A stretch of 63,454 bases of DNA, filler included, from Octopus bimaculoides (lineage: Eukaryota), in the NCBI RefSeq assembly GCF_001194135.2. It is 5 parts of 4 records of this genome, joined end to end, with 100 filler letters (N's around TTAATTAATTAA, not from the genome) between each part and the next. Parts side by side here need not be neighbours in the genome. Positions count along the whole stretch, not along the records: positions 1 to 26,101 come from NC_069010.1; 4 more parts are not named here. One strand, given 5' to 3'. The position numbers were made by a program, and so were the translations under genes. Shown piece by piece: positions 12,436 through 24,134 of this stretch; position 1 is the first letter of the stretch; each line of letters starts with the position of its first letter. Under the pieces are notes generated by a model. It searched no databases, was not told where the DNA came from, and worked only from the letters and a program-made list of their open reading frames with translations.

Positions 12436-13350
12436 TATATATAATCCAAGAGTGTTAGGGGTTGTGGATCCAACCCACTAAGGGATAATATCTATCCAAT
12501 AAACTGCTGGGTGGGTACCCAATTATTGTTACACTAGTGTTAAACGAAGTGTAATAAGTGGGTGTGGGTAAAAGGGGATTATTTTACCCTAAATTTATAT
12601 AGCAATAAGAAAATGGAGGGGAATATGGGGTACTCATCAACTTGCAGACACTGTATTCCGTTGATTAATCTGTGTATTTTATAACTAAATTGACAAAAAG
12701 CACAATATACAGACACTTGTGACATACCATGTCATATCAACAATACAGATTTCAAATTTAAAGGACATTTAGCAATTGGAGAAGGGACAAAATCTTACAG
12801 CTGTTTCGGCCTAGCATTGGCATGCCCCATTCTATCTCTATAGCCCCCGTACACTGTAGTAATTAGTAGATGAAAATGATGCAATGGGGGTATATCCATG
12901 ATTCGCTAGGCCTCTTCAGAGATTTGCAAAATTCAGTACATTAATTTTGCCAAATTTTAATACAAATATAAAATAAGAATAAAAATAAAAATATAAAAAT
13001 ATAAGGCACATAAAAAAGCCTACAAAAAGTATATAAAACCATATAAATAGTCATAAAAACTATAATATACATGCCTATGCGTGTATACATTACCATATGC
13101 AGATATACATGGATATGAAATGCGTACTACACATACGTGTGCACTTATATTTATTATATATATATTTGTAAATTTGAACATGCATGAATGCAACTCTTTA
13201 CAGATATTAATATTCTAGGATTAATGCAAGGAAGACAACAATTAGTATTTTCTTATAAGTAACCTTCCTTGTCCCAAAATCCTGTGCTGCTACACGGAAG
13301 TTCGTCTGTTCTCATCCAAGATGAAGCCAAGTACCAGCATTCAGTGTGGC
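12436..13350 (-). mobile_element. Probable Penelope-like element remnant hosting the intact hammerhead
   Basis: PLE-type hammerhead. Upstream on the same strand, a weak frameshifted match to the GIY-YIG tail (RILGQG / GYL*ENTNCCLPCINPRILI). Boundaries approximate. Confidence 0.4.
12790..12925 (-). ncRNA. Type-I hammerhead ribozyme, apparently intact
   Basis: Minus strand: AAATCT-CTGAAGA-GGCCTAGC-[89 nt]-GCTAGGCC-GAAA-C-AGCT-G-T-A/AGATTT. 6-bp stem I, 8-bp stem II, palindromic stem III ACAGCTGT, GUA cleavage triplet (cut between 12796 and 12795). Confidence 0.85.
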
Positions 13351-13510
13351 AGGGTAAGTATGTGTGTATTCATCTGTGTATGTGTGTATGCATGTATATA
13401 TGCATATATGTATGTATGTGGATGTATGGATGTATGCATATCAGTTTGTATGTATGTGTGTATGTATAAAAGTATGAATGTGTGTATGTTTGTGTTTATG
13501 TATATGCATG

Positions 13511-13745
13511 TATCATCATCATCATCAGCAGCAGCATTATCTAACATTTATTTTACATGTTGCTGTGGGTTGAATAGTTCAACAGTATCTGGCAAGCTGT
13601 AGGGCTGCGTCTAAGTTCAAAATCAGCTTTGACATGGTTTCTATGGTTGAATGTCCTTTCTAACACCAACCACTTTACAGAGTGAACTTGGTGCTTTTTT
13701 CTGCCAACAGCATTTTATAGAGGTTGCTAAGTAACTTGCAAGTCA
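13511..13745 (-). mobile_element. RTE-tail-related element fragment
   Basis: (CAT)n start followed by diverged copy of the RTE 3' UTR motif (ggatgcccttcctaacaccaaccact). Confidence 0.6.
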
Positions 13746-13877
13746 AGAAAAAAAGAAAAAAAAAGGGGGAACAACAAGAAGGGGAAAAGGTGGGGAAAGG
13801 AAAAAATAAAAGAAAAAGCCACCTTCATAAGAAGTAAAGGGGCGATGCTTCTCTGCGAGGTTTTTAGAGGGAAGAGT

Positions 13878-14240
13878 TTATTCTTTTATTCTTTTTTGCT
13901 TGTTTCAGTCATTTGACTGCGGCCATGCTGGAGCACTGCCTTAAAGCGTTTTAGTTGAAGAAATCGACCCCAGGACTTATTCTTTGTAAACCTATTCTAT
14001 CAGTCTCTTTTGCTAAACTACTAAGTTACGGGTACGTAAACACACCAGCATTCATTGTTAATCAAAGATGATTTGACAAACACACACATACACACAGATA
14101 TATACATACATATATATACACAATGGGTTTCTTTCAGTTTCCATCTACTGAATCCACTCACAAGGCTTTGGTCAGCCTGAGGCTATAGTAGAAGGCACTT
14201 ACGCGAGGTGCCACACAGTGAGACTGACCCAGAACCACAC
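13878..14240 (-). mobile_element. SINE A (further partial copies at 15602-15840, 16030-16290, 20412-20640, 41242-41370, 42010-42130, 43070-43160, 50880-50997, 53995-54150)
   Basis: Matches to family A head or tail motifs; coordinates of partial copies approximate. Confidence 0.8.
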
Positions 14241-14334
14241 AAGGCTAAGTAGATAGAAAACTTGAATGAAGACAAAGATGGTGGGATGCTGACACATCTC
14301 AAGATACAGTGGATCGCATGAGGTTTTGAGGATA

Positions 14335-14552
14335 CGAAGGGCTGCTGGAAAGTTCCTGGCTTTAAGGGTACTGTTAAAGGCCTGGTTGAAGACCCATCCT
14401 TCTGAGTTCTTTTGCAGGGCTTAGAAAAACAGAAGGACCGCTGCAATAAGTGTGTGAATCTGAGAAGAGGAATATGTTGAATAGAATCATAATTAACTTA
14501 TTCATCCCGTTTTTTTTTCACCACCCAAAACCAGGAAGTTTTCAGCACCCCC
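14335..14552. mobile_element. mariner-derived MITE
   Basis: TA-CGAAGGGCTGCTGGAAAGTTCCTGGCTTT ... AAAACCAGGAAGTTTTCAGCACCCCC-TA. Internal remnant of a transposase tail (DRCNKCVNL). A similar left end occurs at ~5586-5630. Confidence 0.7.
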
Positions 14553-14936
14553 TAATAAAAGGGAAAAGATGTGGGTAAAGGCACATGTAGTGACTGAGGG
14601 TGAGAGAGTTGGGAGTGGCTTGGTGGCAGGGATTATGGTGAGATGTGATGATAGATATGAGGGAGCTCTGAGAGTGATGGCAGGGAAGGGAGCTGTTAAG
14701 AATGGAGAATAGGAGAGCAGAGCAATGGCTGAAGGCAGAAAATGAGGTGATTGGTGGAAATAGTGTGGGCAGAGATGATAATGAGAAAAAGAAGTGGTTC
14801 AAGGTAGCTGAGGATGTAATATTGTAATAGGTGACTATTCTGGTGGCAGGGGATTACAACAGCTGAATAGTAGAGAAGTGACAGTCAGCGAAATGATAGG
14901 TGTTTGGGGATGAGATGTGGGGAAAAAGCTTGATGG

Positions 14937-14985
<49 letters not shown>

Positions 14986-16233
14986 GACAGGGCCCCATAT
15001 GTACAAGCATAACCAAATTGGTTTTAGGATATCATTTCTGCTGTGATGGATGGGTCTCCTAGAACACAGAAGATAGCAAATAATCTCAGTTCTTCATCAN
15101 NNNNNNNNNNNNNNNNNNNNNNNNNNNNNNNNNNNNNNNNNNNNNNNNNNNNNNNNNNNNNNNNNNNNNNNNNNNNNNNNNNNNNNNNNNNNNNNNNNNN
15201 NNNNNNNNNNNNNNNNNNNNNNNNNNNNNNNNNNNNNNNNNNNNNNNNNNNNNNNNNNNNNNNNNNNNNNNNNNNNNNNNNNNNNNNNNNNNNNNNNNNN
15301 NNNNNNNNNNNNNNNNNNNNNNNNNNNNNNNNNNNNNNNNTCAATGGGAGCAGTAACAAGCTCAAGCTTCCATTTAGTTCTGATAGAATGGCTTGGTGGG
15401 GGGTGGATGAAGTCATAGGAATACAAGAACTAGAACATATGTAGTACACCAGTTCAGGAAAACCAGATTATCTGGTGCAGGTATCCCTATGGTGACAGTG
15501 GAAGCAGAAGGCAACTGGGTCGAAATACTAGCAATCTACAAAATGTTTTAACTATATTTTTTTTTAATTCAATTCCTAATAAAATTTAATTTTGAAAATA
15601 TATTCTTTTATTCTTTTTGATGTTTCAATCATTTGACTGTGGCCATGCTGGAGCACTGCCTTAAAGAGTTTTAGTCGAAGAAATCGACCCCAGGACTTAC
15701 TCTTTGTAAGCCTAGTAATTATTTTATCGGACTCTTTTGCTAAACTGCTAAGTTATGGGGACATAAACACACAAGCATTTGTTAAGCAATCGTGGTGGTG
15801 GTGGGGAGGGCAAACACAGACACACACAGAAATATATATGTACATAGATATATTTGGGGGTGAAGGTTCAAATTATAAATGTCATTGACATCACAAACAA
15901 TGATCTGTAACTATTTTCGTTCTTAAAGGTTACAACAGTTTTAGACTAATTTGGGGTGAGTGGGTATGGGCTGGTTCCAAATATGGCATCAAATTTTGGC
16001 AAGCTTCAAGTTTATTTGCTTAGCACCATATCTTTTACTTGTTTCAGTCAATAGAGTGCGGCTATGCTGGGCTATGACCATGAAGAATTTTTTAGTTAAA
16101 TAAACCAACACCAGGACTTTTTTTTAAGCCTAGCACTTATTCTGTTGATCTCTTTTGCCAAATTGCTAAGTTACAGGCACATAAAAGCACACCAACATCA
16201 GTTGTCAAGTGATGGTGAGAGACAAAGACAAAG

Positions 16234-16298
<65 letters not shown>

Positions 16299-17010
16299 NN
16301 NNNNNNNNNNNNNNNNNNNNNNNNNNNNNNNNNNNNNNNNNNNNNNNNNNNNNNNNNNNNNNNNNNNNNNNNNNNNNNNNNNNNNNNNNNNNNNNNNNNN
16401 NNNNNNNNNNNNNNNNNNNNNNNNNNNNNNNNNNNNNNNNNNNNNNNNNNNNNNNNNNNNNNNNNNNNNNNNNNNNNNNNNNNNNNNNNNNNNNNNNNNN
16501 NNNNNNNNNNNNNNNNNNNNNNNNNNNNNNNNNNNNNNNNNNNNNNNNNNNNNNNNNNNNNNNNNNNNNNNNNNNNNNNNNNNNNNNNNNNNNNNNNNNN
16601 NNNNNNNNNNNNNNNNNNNNNNNNNNNNNNNNNNNNNNNNNNNNNNNNNNNNNNNNNNNNNNNNNNNNNNNNNNNNNNNNNNNNNNNNNNNNNNNNNNNN
16701 NNNNNNNNNNNNNNNNNNNNNNNNNNNNNNNNNNAAAGAGATTTAAATTAAAATCTTCAATCAAAATTTCATGCTAATTTGTTTTAAATACATATTTATT
16801 TCATAAAGCTTTCTTTATTTTCAAAATTAACTGAAACAATGGAAGTATATTTCAAAAGAAACCTAACCCTTTTGTTATCAAGTTTCTATTGCATTATGGT
16901 AACAAAAGGGTTAAAGTAATCTAAACCAAAACGTTCTATCAAAATGTTATGTTAATTTATGTTTCACAAATTAATGATGAGGACAAAATTATTTTAGCAT
17001 ATATATTAAT

Positions 17011-17276
17011 CATGTGATCATGTGACCAACCAGACAATCAGATGTTATTACACATTGCTGATCACAACGTGCTTTGCCTCATTTTAGCCTTCAAATGATG
17101 CCACTCTGCTGTCCAGGCAACCAGGCCAACATTCCCCACCGCCAAGAGGAGGACTGGAGTAATGTGAAATGAAATGTTTTGCTCAAGAACACAACACACC
17201 ACCCTATCTGGGAATTGAACTTACAATTTAGAGATTATGAGTACAACAGCCTAGCTACTAGGCCACACATCTTCAC
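17011..17276 (-). mobile_element. SINE family C (related copies 19575-19865 minus, 19935-20240 plus)
   Basis: tRNA-like head followed by gtgttgtgttcttgagcaa.acac.tt.tttcacatt.ctccag conserved domain. Confidence 0.7.
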
Positions 17277-18051
17277 ATATATATTATATATATGTGTGTG
17301 TGTTTGTGTCTCCTTGTCTTGACACCATATTGTGGTTGTAAATGATTGTCACTGTCATACAAGCAGTGTCCTTAATTTCCGATATTCCGCACGAGAAGAT
17401 CTTACCTTATTTGGAAACCAGAATATAAAAGAGTAAAATGTATGCACAAAAAAAAAAGAGCTCAATAAAAAAAAAAAGCAATTTGTTAAATATGTGTAAT
17501 ATACTCTAAGAAATAATAAACCTTATTGAACATTCTTTCTTATTTGTGAGACAAACTGTGCCATGATGATAAAAAAAAAAAAAACTTTTTCAAATCTAGT
17601 GAACTCCATTCATCACCTGAAAATGATTAAACATCTTTTATCTTTGGTACTAAGAATAATCCAAGAAGAGAAAGCAAATTCTTTAAGCAATCAATTTGCT
17701 GAGCCAACTTTGATTTCTGTTTATTTTATATCTTCAGTCAATGAATTAACATTAAACAGACTGAAGTATTTAACTTTTATCAACAATTTAGTGCCATAAA
17801 GTCTAATGCCACTGAGGTCAACTTTGCCTTTTAGCCTTTCAGGGTCGATAAAATAATTACCAGTTGAACACTAGGGTCAATATAATTGACTTCCCTGAAA
17901 CTGCTGGTCTTGTGCCAAAATTGGAGACCAATTGAGTATCATTTCAGGGATGGTTGATGTATTTTACTGGGGTTTTGTGGCTAGATAATGCAACAACTAC
18001 ATTTTTGTAATAAAATATGCCAATTTAGAAACAATGTTCTAAAAGAAAATA

Positions 18052-18611
18052 TATTTAATTTAGCCATGTTGCTTCTCTACAGTAAGAAACCAGTTCTGTT
18101 CTATTCCTTTCTCTCATACTTTGACCCCGCATTTTGTAGCATAAAACTACCTCCCTCTCCTTCCATCTCTACTGTACCTCTGCTCAGTCAGAAAGAGTTT
18201 TAGTCTTCCAAGCTACAGGATGACCTCACTAGTGCTGGTGCCAGGAAAAAAAAAAACAAAAAACCCCACCCAGTATTTGTTGCAAAGTGGAGTATGATAT
18301 AGTCCTTGGAACTGTCAAATCCTGTCAAATTGTCCAATCCATGCCAGCGTAGAAGACTGACATCAAGGTATGATGATGACAACAACAATTATGAATATGA
18401 TGAACATGATAACAATGATGATAATGAAGATGATGATGACTGTGATAGCAACGATGATGATGATGATGATGAAGAGGAGGAGGAGGGGGGTAAACTCAAT
18501 GTACAACCTAAATGTATGTGCAAAGAATCTAAATCTCTCTCTCTCTCTCACACACACACACTGAAACAACTACAATAGTTATATTCAAATATTATATCAT
18601 ATAACTGTAAC

Positions 18612-18646
<35 letters not shown>

Positions 18647-18810
18647 CTATTAACAACCCCATTTCGTCCACCCTGCATTAGCTAATGTATTTAATTTAGC
18701 CATGTAGCTTCTCTACAGCAAGAAACCAGTTCTGTTCTATTCCCTTATCTCATACTTTGACCCCACATTTTGTAACATAAAACTACTTCCCTCTCCTTCC
18801 ATCTCTACTG
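18052..18810 (+). repeat. 123-bp direct repeat (18052-18174 and 18688-18810)
   Basis: Ungapped alignment with 7 mismatches. Confidence 0.95.
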
Positions 18811-19021
18811 GAGCAATCTGATCTGACATGCAAATTATAGATGTAGATTTGATTATCTGCAGCCAAAAATTAGTTAATGGGAGGCTTTCATGGGAAAAAC
18901 TAACAAAAATTGCTTTCCAAAATATGACCTCGTTCTTTGTAGCAATTTGATACTACAGGGCTGAAGTAACATTTACAATCTGTAATAGAATTGTTTCTGT
19001 TCTGACCCACTGACATTTCAG

Positions 19022-19313
19022 TGTTTAATTGGTGACAGTCAGAGAATTGTGACTGAAATAAGAAGCTGTGAATATCTGAGGTGAGCATATTTAAATTCAT
19101 GGATCATTTCTTTACATTTATTTTAAATGATTTAATGTCTTAAACGATAATTAATTCAATTATATATTTTTGAATTGACATGAATTAGAACTTTTTGATT
19201 GGTTGATGTCTTTTTCTTCCTTTGTTATAGTGTTGCTATTTTTATTATTATGTTTAGCATTTCTGTAATATTTCAGGCACCTGCGGGTGTGCTTTGAGGC
19301 TTACTTCTTTTAG
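19022..19313 (+). CDS. Candidate last two exons (19022-19080, 19277-19313) of an unidentified gene
   Basis: Acceptor ctgacatttcag|, donor GAG|GTGAGC, 196-nt AT-rich intron, acceptor tatttcag|. Only one frame is open and it joins to CLIGDSQRIVTEIRSCEYLRHLRVCFEAYFF*. Protein not recognised. Confidence 0.4.
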
Positions 19314-20978
19314 AGATACTAGTAAATTCTAAATGAAGTACATTGCCCATGTGTTTTAATTAATTTGTAGAATAATTAACACAGTAAACTTACAAAATTA
19401 TTACAGTCACAGAATGCCTGTAGTATTTCTTTACATTCTGAGCTCAAATCTTGGTGCGGTTGGTTTTGTCTTTTATCCTGGGATCGATAAAAATAAATTG
19501 CTAGTCAAATACTTGATGTTGGTTCTCATAATACACCTTAAATGTGAATAAAAAAGTATAGACCTCCCTTTCTAGGCGCAATCCCATGAATGACCATGAA
19601 ATTGCACCTAGAATGTTACCCTCCAAGGCAAGAGTCTGGGCAAGGTCGCTTATGGAAGACCAGCAGTCGCCCATGCATACCAACCTCCTCTCTCCAGGCC
19701 ACTGATATTATCTAAGGGAAAGGCAAAGACTGATATAGTTTGGCACCAGTGATATTGCAACTCATTTCTCGGAACTGGAGCAATGTGAAATAAAGTGTCT
19801 TGATCAAGAACACATCACAGAGCCTGTCCAGGAATGAAACTCCCTAACCACTCAGCCATGCACCTTTGTGAAAAATTTGGAGGGAAGTTTTGGCGAATAA
19901 GTTGTTTTTATTAAGGAGATGTTTAAGATGAAAGCATGTGGCCTAGGGGTTTCCATGTTGTACACTTCATCACGAGACCCTAATTTCAATTCTCAGGCTA
20001 AGTGGTGCATTGTGTTCTTAAGCAAAACACTTTGTTTCATAGCAAAAGCACATTGGTTTGTACTACTCTAATCCATTTAGTTGTAAATAAATAATACTGT
20101 GATGGATTGGTGTTATTCAGAATGCAATGTTAAGATCTTGGTCAATTACACACCATGAAAACCAAGCAACTGGCCCTACAAATCTCTAGGACACAAGGCA
20201 GGATGCACTTTTTTTAAACATAACTTGCATTAAAAATAGAGTTAGTTGTTGATAAAATAATGAGGAAAAATTTTTAATTTAGATCCAAAATCTTTAAAAC
20301 AATTGGTTTTTGTATGCTAAAACATGGGTCTGTCTCAGGTTAGTATCAAGAGGATTGACATCTTTGTTTGTTTAGGGGTTAGGTGTTAGACTCATGTATT
20401 TTATATCGTTTATCCTTTACTTGTTTCAATCATTAGACTGCAGACATGCTGGGGCACCACCTTAAAGAATTTTTTAGTTGAATGTATCAACCTCAGTACT
20501 TACTTTTTAAGTCTGGTACTTACTTTAATCTCTTTTGCCAAACTGCTAAGTTAAGGGGGATGTAAACACACCGACACCAGTCGTTAAGCAGTGATGAGGG
20601 ATAAACAGAAACATATTCACACACACACAGAAACATATTCACAGCGAGCTGGCAGAAATGTTAGTACGCCGGGTGAAATGCTTAGCGGTATTTTGTCTGC
20701 AGCTATGTTCTGAGTTCAAATTCAACTTTGCCTTCCATCCTTTCAGGGTTGATTAAATAAGTACCAGTTACGCACTGGGGTCGATATAATCGACTTAATC
20801 CGTTTGTCTGTCCTTGTTTGTCCCCTCTGTGTGTAGCCCCTTGTGGGTAATAAAGAAATAAGAAATATATTCACACACACATACATGCACACACACACAA
20901 ACACACACACAAACACACACACACACACACATACACATATGTATGTATATATATGTATGTATGTATATATATGTGTGC

Positions 20979-22596
20979 AAGCTGTGTACAGGGATGCTGT
21001 CAGTAAGGTGAGGGTTGGCAACAAGTAGAGTGAAGAATTCTGAGTAGAGGTAGGGGTCCACCATGGATCAGTCCTCAGCCCTATCTTATTTATCATAGTC
21101 CTCCAGGCAATAACAGAGGAATTCAAGACAGGATGCCCCTGGGAGCTCCTCTATGCTGATGACCTTGCTCTAATTGCTGAGTCACTATCAGAACTAGAGA
21201 AGTTTCAGGTGTGGAAGCATGGATTAGAATCGAAGGGCCTTTGAGTCAACTTAGCTAAAACCAAAGTCTTAATAAGCTGGAAGGCAATCAAGTAGATGGC
21301 CCTGCTCGATCTGTAGAAAAGGTGTAGGTAGAAACTCCATAAGATGTAGCCAGTGTAAGCTATGGACACATAAGAGGTGCAGCAATATCAAAGGAAGGCT
21401 AACTGGGAAGATAGTTTTTGTATGTGGCAGATGCTCAGGAGCAATAAACACTGAAAATGTGCAGAGAACAACTTCTGTCACATTCCAGGGAGAAAAACTA
21501 GGAATAGTTGATAGCTTCCGTTACCTAGGGGACCAAGTCAGTAGAAGGGGTAGATGCACTGAAAATGTAGCTGCTAGAATAAGAATAGCCAGGGTAAAAT
21601 TCAGAGAGCTCCTACCTCTGCTGGTGACAAAGGGTCTCTTGCTCAGAGTAAAAGTTAGACAGTATGACGCATGTGTACGAACAGCCATGCTACATGGCAG
21701 TGAAACTTGGGCCGTGACTGCTGAGGACATGTGTTAGCTTGCAAGGAATGAAGCCAGTATGCTCTGATGGATGTGTAGTGTCAGTGTGCATGCGCATCAG
21801 AGTGTAAGCGCCCTGAGAGAAAAGTTGAATTTAAGAAGCATCAGATGTGGTATGCAAGAGAGACAACTGCACTGGTATGGTCATGTGTTGCGACTGAATG
21901 AGGACAGCTATGTAAAAAAGTGTCACACCCTAGCAGTTGAGGGAACCTGTGGAAGAGGTAGACTCAGGAAGACCTGAGACGAGGTGGTGAAGCACGGCCT
22001 TCGAACATTAGACTTCACTGAGGCAATGAATAGTGTCCGGGACCTTTGTAGATATGCTGTGCTTGAGAAGACCCGACAAGCCAAGTGAGAGCATAGCTCA
22101 TGGCCTATGCCAGCCCATTTATGAATACCCCTCATCCATTGGACAATAAACCGTGCTTGTGAAGATCTGCTGAGGCAAGTGAAGTCAAAATCAAAATTGC
22201 TGACGTGGCCAACGACAGCACCGCCTAATTGGCACTCGTGCCAGTGGAACGTTAAAAGCACATCCAAACGTGATTGTTCTAAGGGCAACAGATTGGCTTC
22301 CATGCTGGTGACGTATGAAAAGCACCATTTAAGCATGATCGTTGCCAGTGTCGCCTCACCGGCACATGTGCCGGTGGCATGTGGAAAACAACAGAGTGTG
22401 GTCGTTACCAGTGCCGCCGGACTGGCCCTCATGCCGGTGACATGTAAAAAACACCCACTACCCTCTCGGAGCGGTTGGCATTAGGAAATTTTGCCAGATC
22501 AGATAGAGCCTGGTGCAGCCTCTGGTTCACCAGTCCTCAGTCAAACCGTCCAACCCATGCCAGCATGGAAAGAAGACATTAAACGATGATGATGAT
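20979..22596 (+). mobile_element. 5'-truncated RTE LINE (RT, PHD finger, 3' UTR, (GAT)n tail)
   Basis: GVHHGSVLSP.LFIIVL, WELLYADDLALIAES, FRYLGD, RWYGHVLR. Ends CATGCCAGCATGGAAAGAAGACATTAAACGATGATGATGAT. Confidence 0.93.
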
Positions 22597-23219
22597 ATGT
22601 GTATATATATGTATGTATGTATGTNNNNNNNNNNNNNNNNNNNNNNNNNNNNNNNNNNNNNNNNNNNNNNNNNNNNNNNNNNNNNNNNNNNNNNNNNNNN
22701 NNNNNNNNNNNNNNNNNNNNNNNNNNNNNNNNNNNNNNNNNNNNNNNNNNNNNNNNNNNNNNNNNNNNNNNNNNNNNNNNNNNNNNNNNNNNNNNNNNNN
22801 NNNNNNNNNNNNNNNNNNNNNNNNNNNNNNNNNNNNNNNNNNNNNNNNNNNNNNNNNNNNNNNNNNNNNNNNNNNNNNNNNNNNNNNNNNNNNNNNNNNN
22901 NNNNNNNNNNNNNNNNNNNNNNNNNNNNNNNNNNNNNNNNNNNNNNNNNNNNNNNNNNNNNNNNNNNNNNNNNNNNNNNNNNNNNNNNNNNNNNNNNNNN
23001 NNNNNNNNNNNNNNNNNNNNNNNNNNNNNNNNNNNNNNNNNNNNNNNNNNNNNNNNNNNNNNNNNNNNNNNNNNNNNNNNNNNNNNNNNNNNNNNNNNNN
23101 NNNNNNNNNNNNNNNNNNNNNNNNNNNNNNNNNNNNNNNNNNNNNNNNNNNNNNNNNNNNNNNNNNNNNNNNNNNNNNNNNNNNNNNNNNNNNNNNNNNN
23201 NNNNNNNNNNNNNNNTATA

Positions 23220-23255
<36 letters not shown>

Positions 23256-23267
23256 TGTATATATCCT

Positions 23268-23572
23268 CATCATCATGATCGTTTAACGTATGTTTTCCAT
23301 GCTACCATGGGTTAAACGATTTGACTGAGGACTGGTGGACCAGGTGGCTACACCAGGCTCCAATCTGATTTGGCAGAGTTTCTACAGCTGGATGCCCTTC
23401 CTAATGCCAACTACTCCGAGAGTGTACTGCGTGCTTTTACGTGCCACCGGCACAAGTGCCGGAAGGTGATGCTGGTAATGATTACACTGAAATGGTGCCA
23501 TTTATGTGCCACTGGCATGGAAGCCAGACACCTGCTCTGGCAATGATCATGCTAAGAGCACCATCCGAGCGT
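23268..23572 (-). mobile_element. RTE 3' UTR fragment
   Basis: Reverse complement of the 22100-22596 tail; similar to 33558-33900. Confidence 0.8.
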
Positions 23573-24058
23573 ATATGTATGCATGTATGCATGTATGTAT
23601 TTATATATATATATTTATATATATATATATGTGTGAGTGTGTGTGTGTGTGTATGTATACATATGTATATATATATGTATATATGTATATATATATATAT
23701 GTATANNNNNNNNNNNNNNNNNNNNNNNNNNNNNNNNNNNNNNNNNNNNNNNNNNNNNNNNNNNNNNNNNNNNNNNNNNNNNNNNNNNNNNNNNNNNNNN
23801 NNNNNTATATAAATATATATATATATATATATGAGGGGTTTAGCTTACTTGTGGTCTAATTGAATAGGTACGCCTGCTAAGTGCTATAGTTGGCTGACCA
23901 TTAGGTGCCAAGATCACGGCTAAATCTAGATCTAGGGATCTGTGTCAGTGTTCCATTATAGTGTGTATATATTATATCAGGGGAAAAATCAAAACCAAGG
24001 CAGAGTGAGGATGTCAAGTCATTTAGAATAATTTAATTAGGGTAAGGTGAATTTGAAG

Positions 24059-24134
24059 TGTCACAACTGTTTCTGGGATAACGCAAGTGGTTGGTTAGCA
24101 TATCCGTGCAGTGGTTATTCCGTCATTAGAGACA
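24059..24134 (-). ncRNA. Degenerate hammerhead motif in PLE pseudo-LTR
   Basis: TGTCT-CTAATGA-CGGAATAAC...GTTATCCCA-GAAA-C-AGTT-GT-G-ACAC. Core G5>A and G at position 17 predict inactivity. Confidence 0.6.

Noticed and set aside
17540-17620. Minus-strand acceptor tcattttcag|GTGATG as a possible DLG5 exon 2
   Set aside because: The phase-1 reading runs through a 14-T tract to a stop and has no DLG5 similarity.
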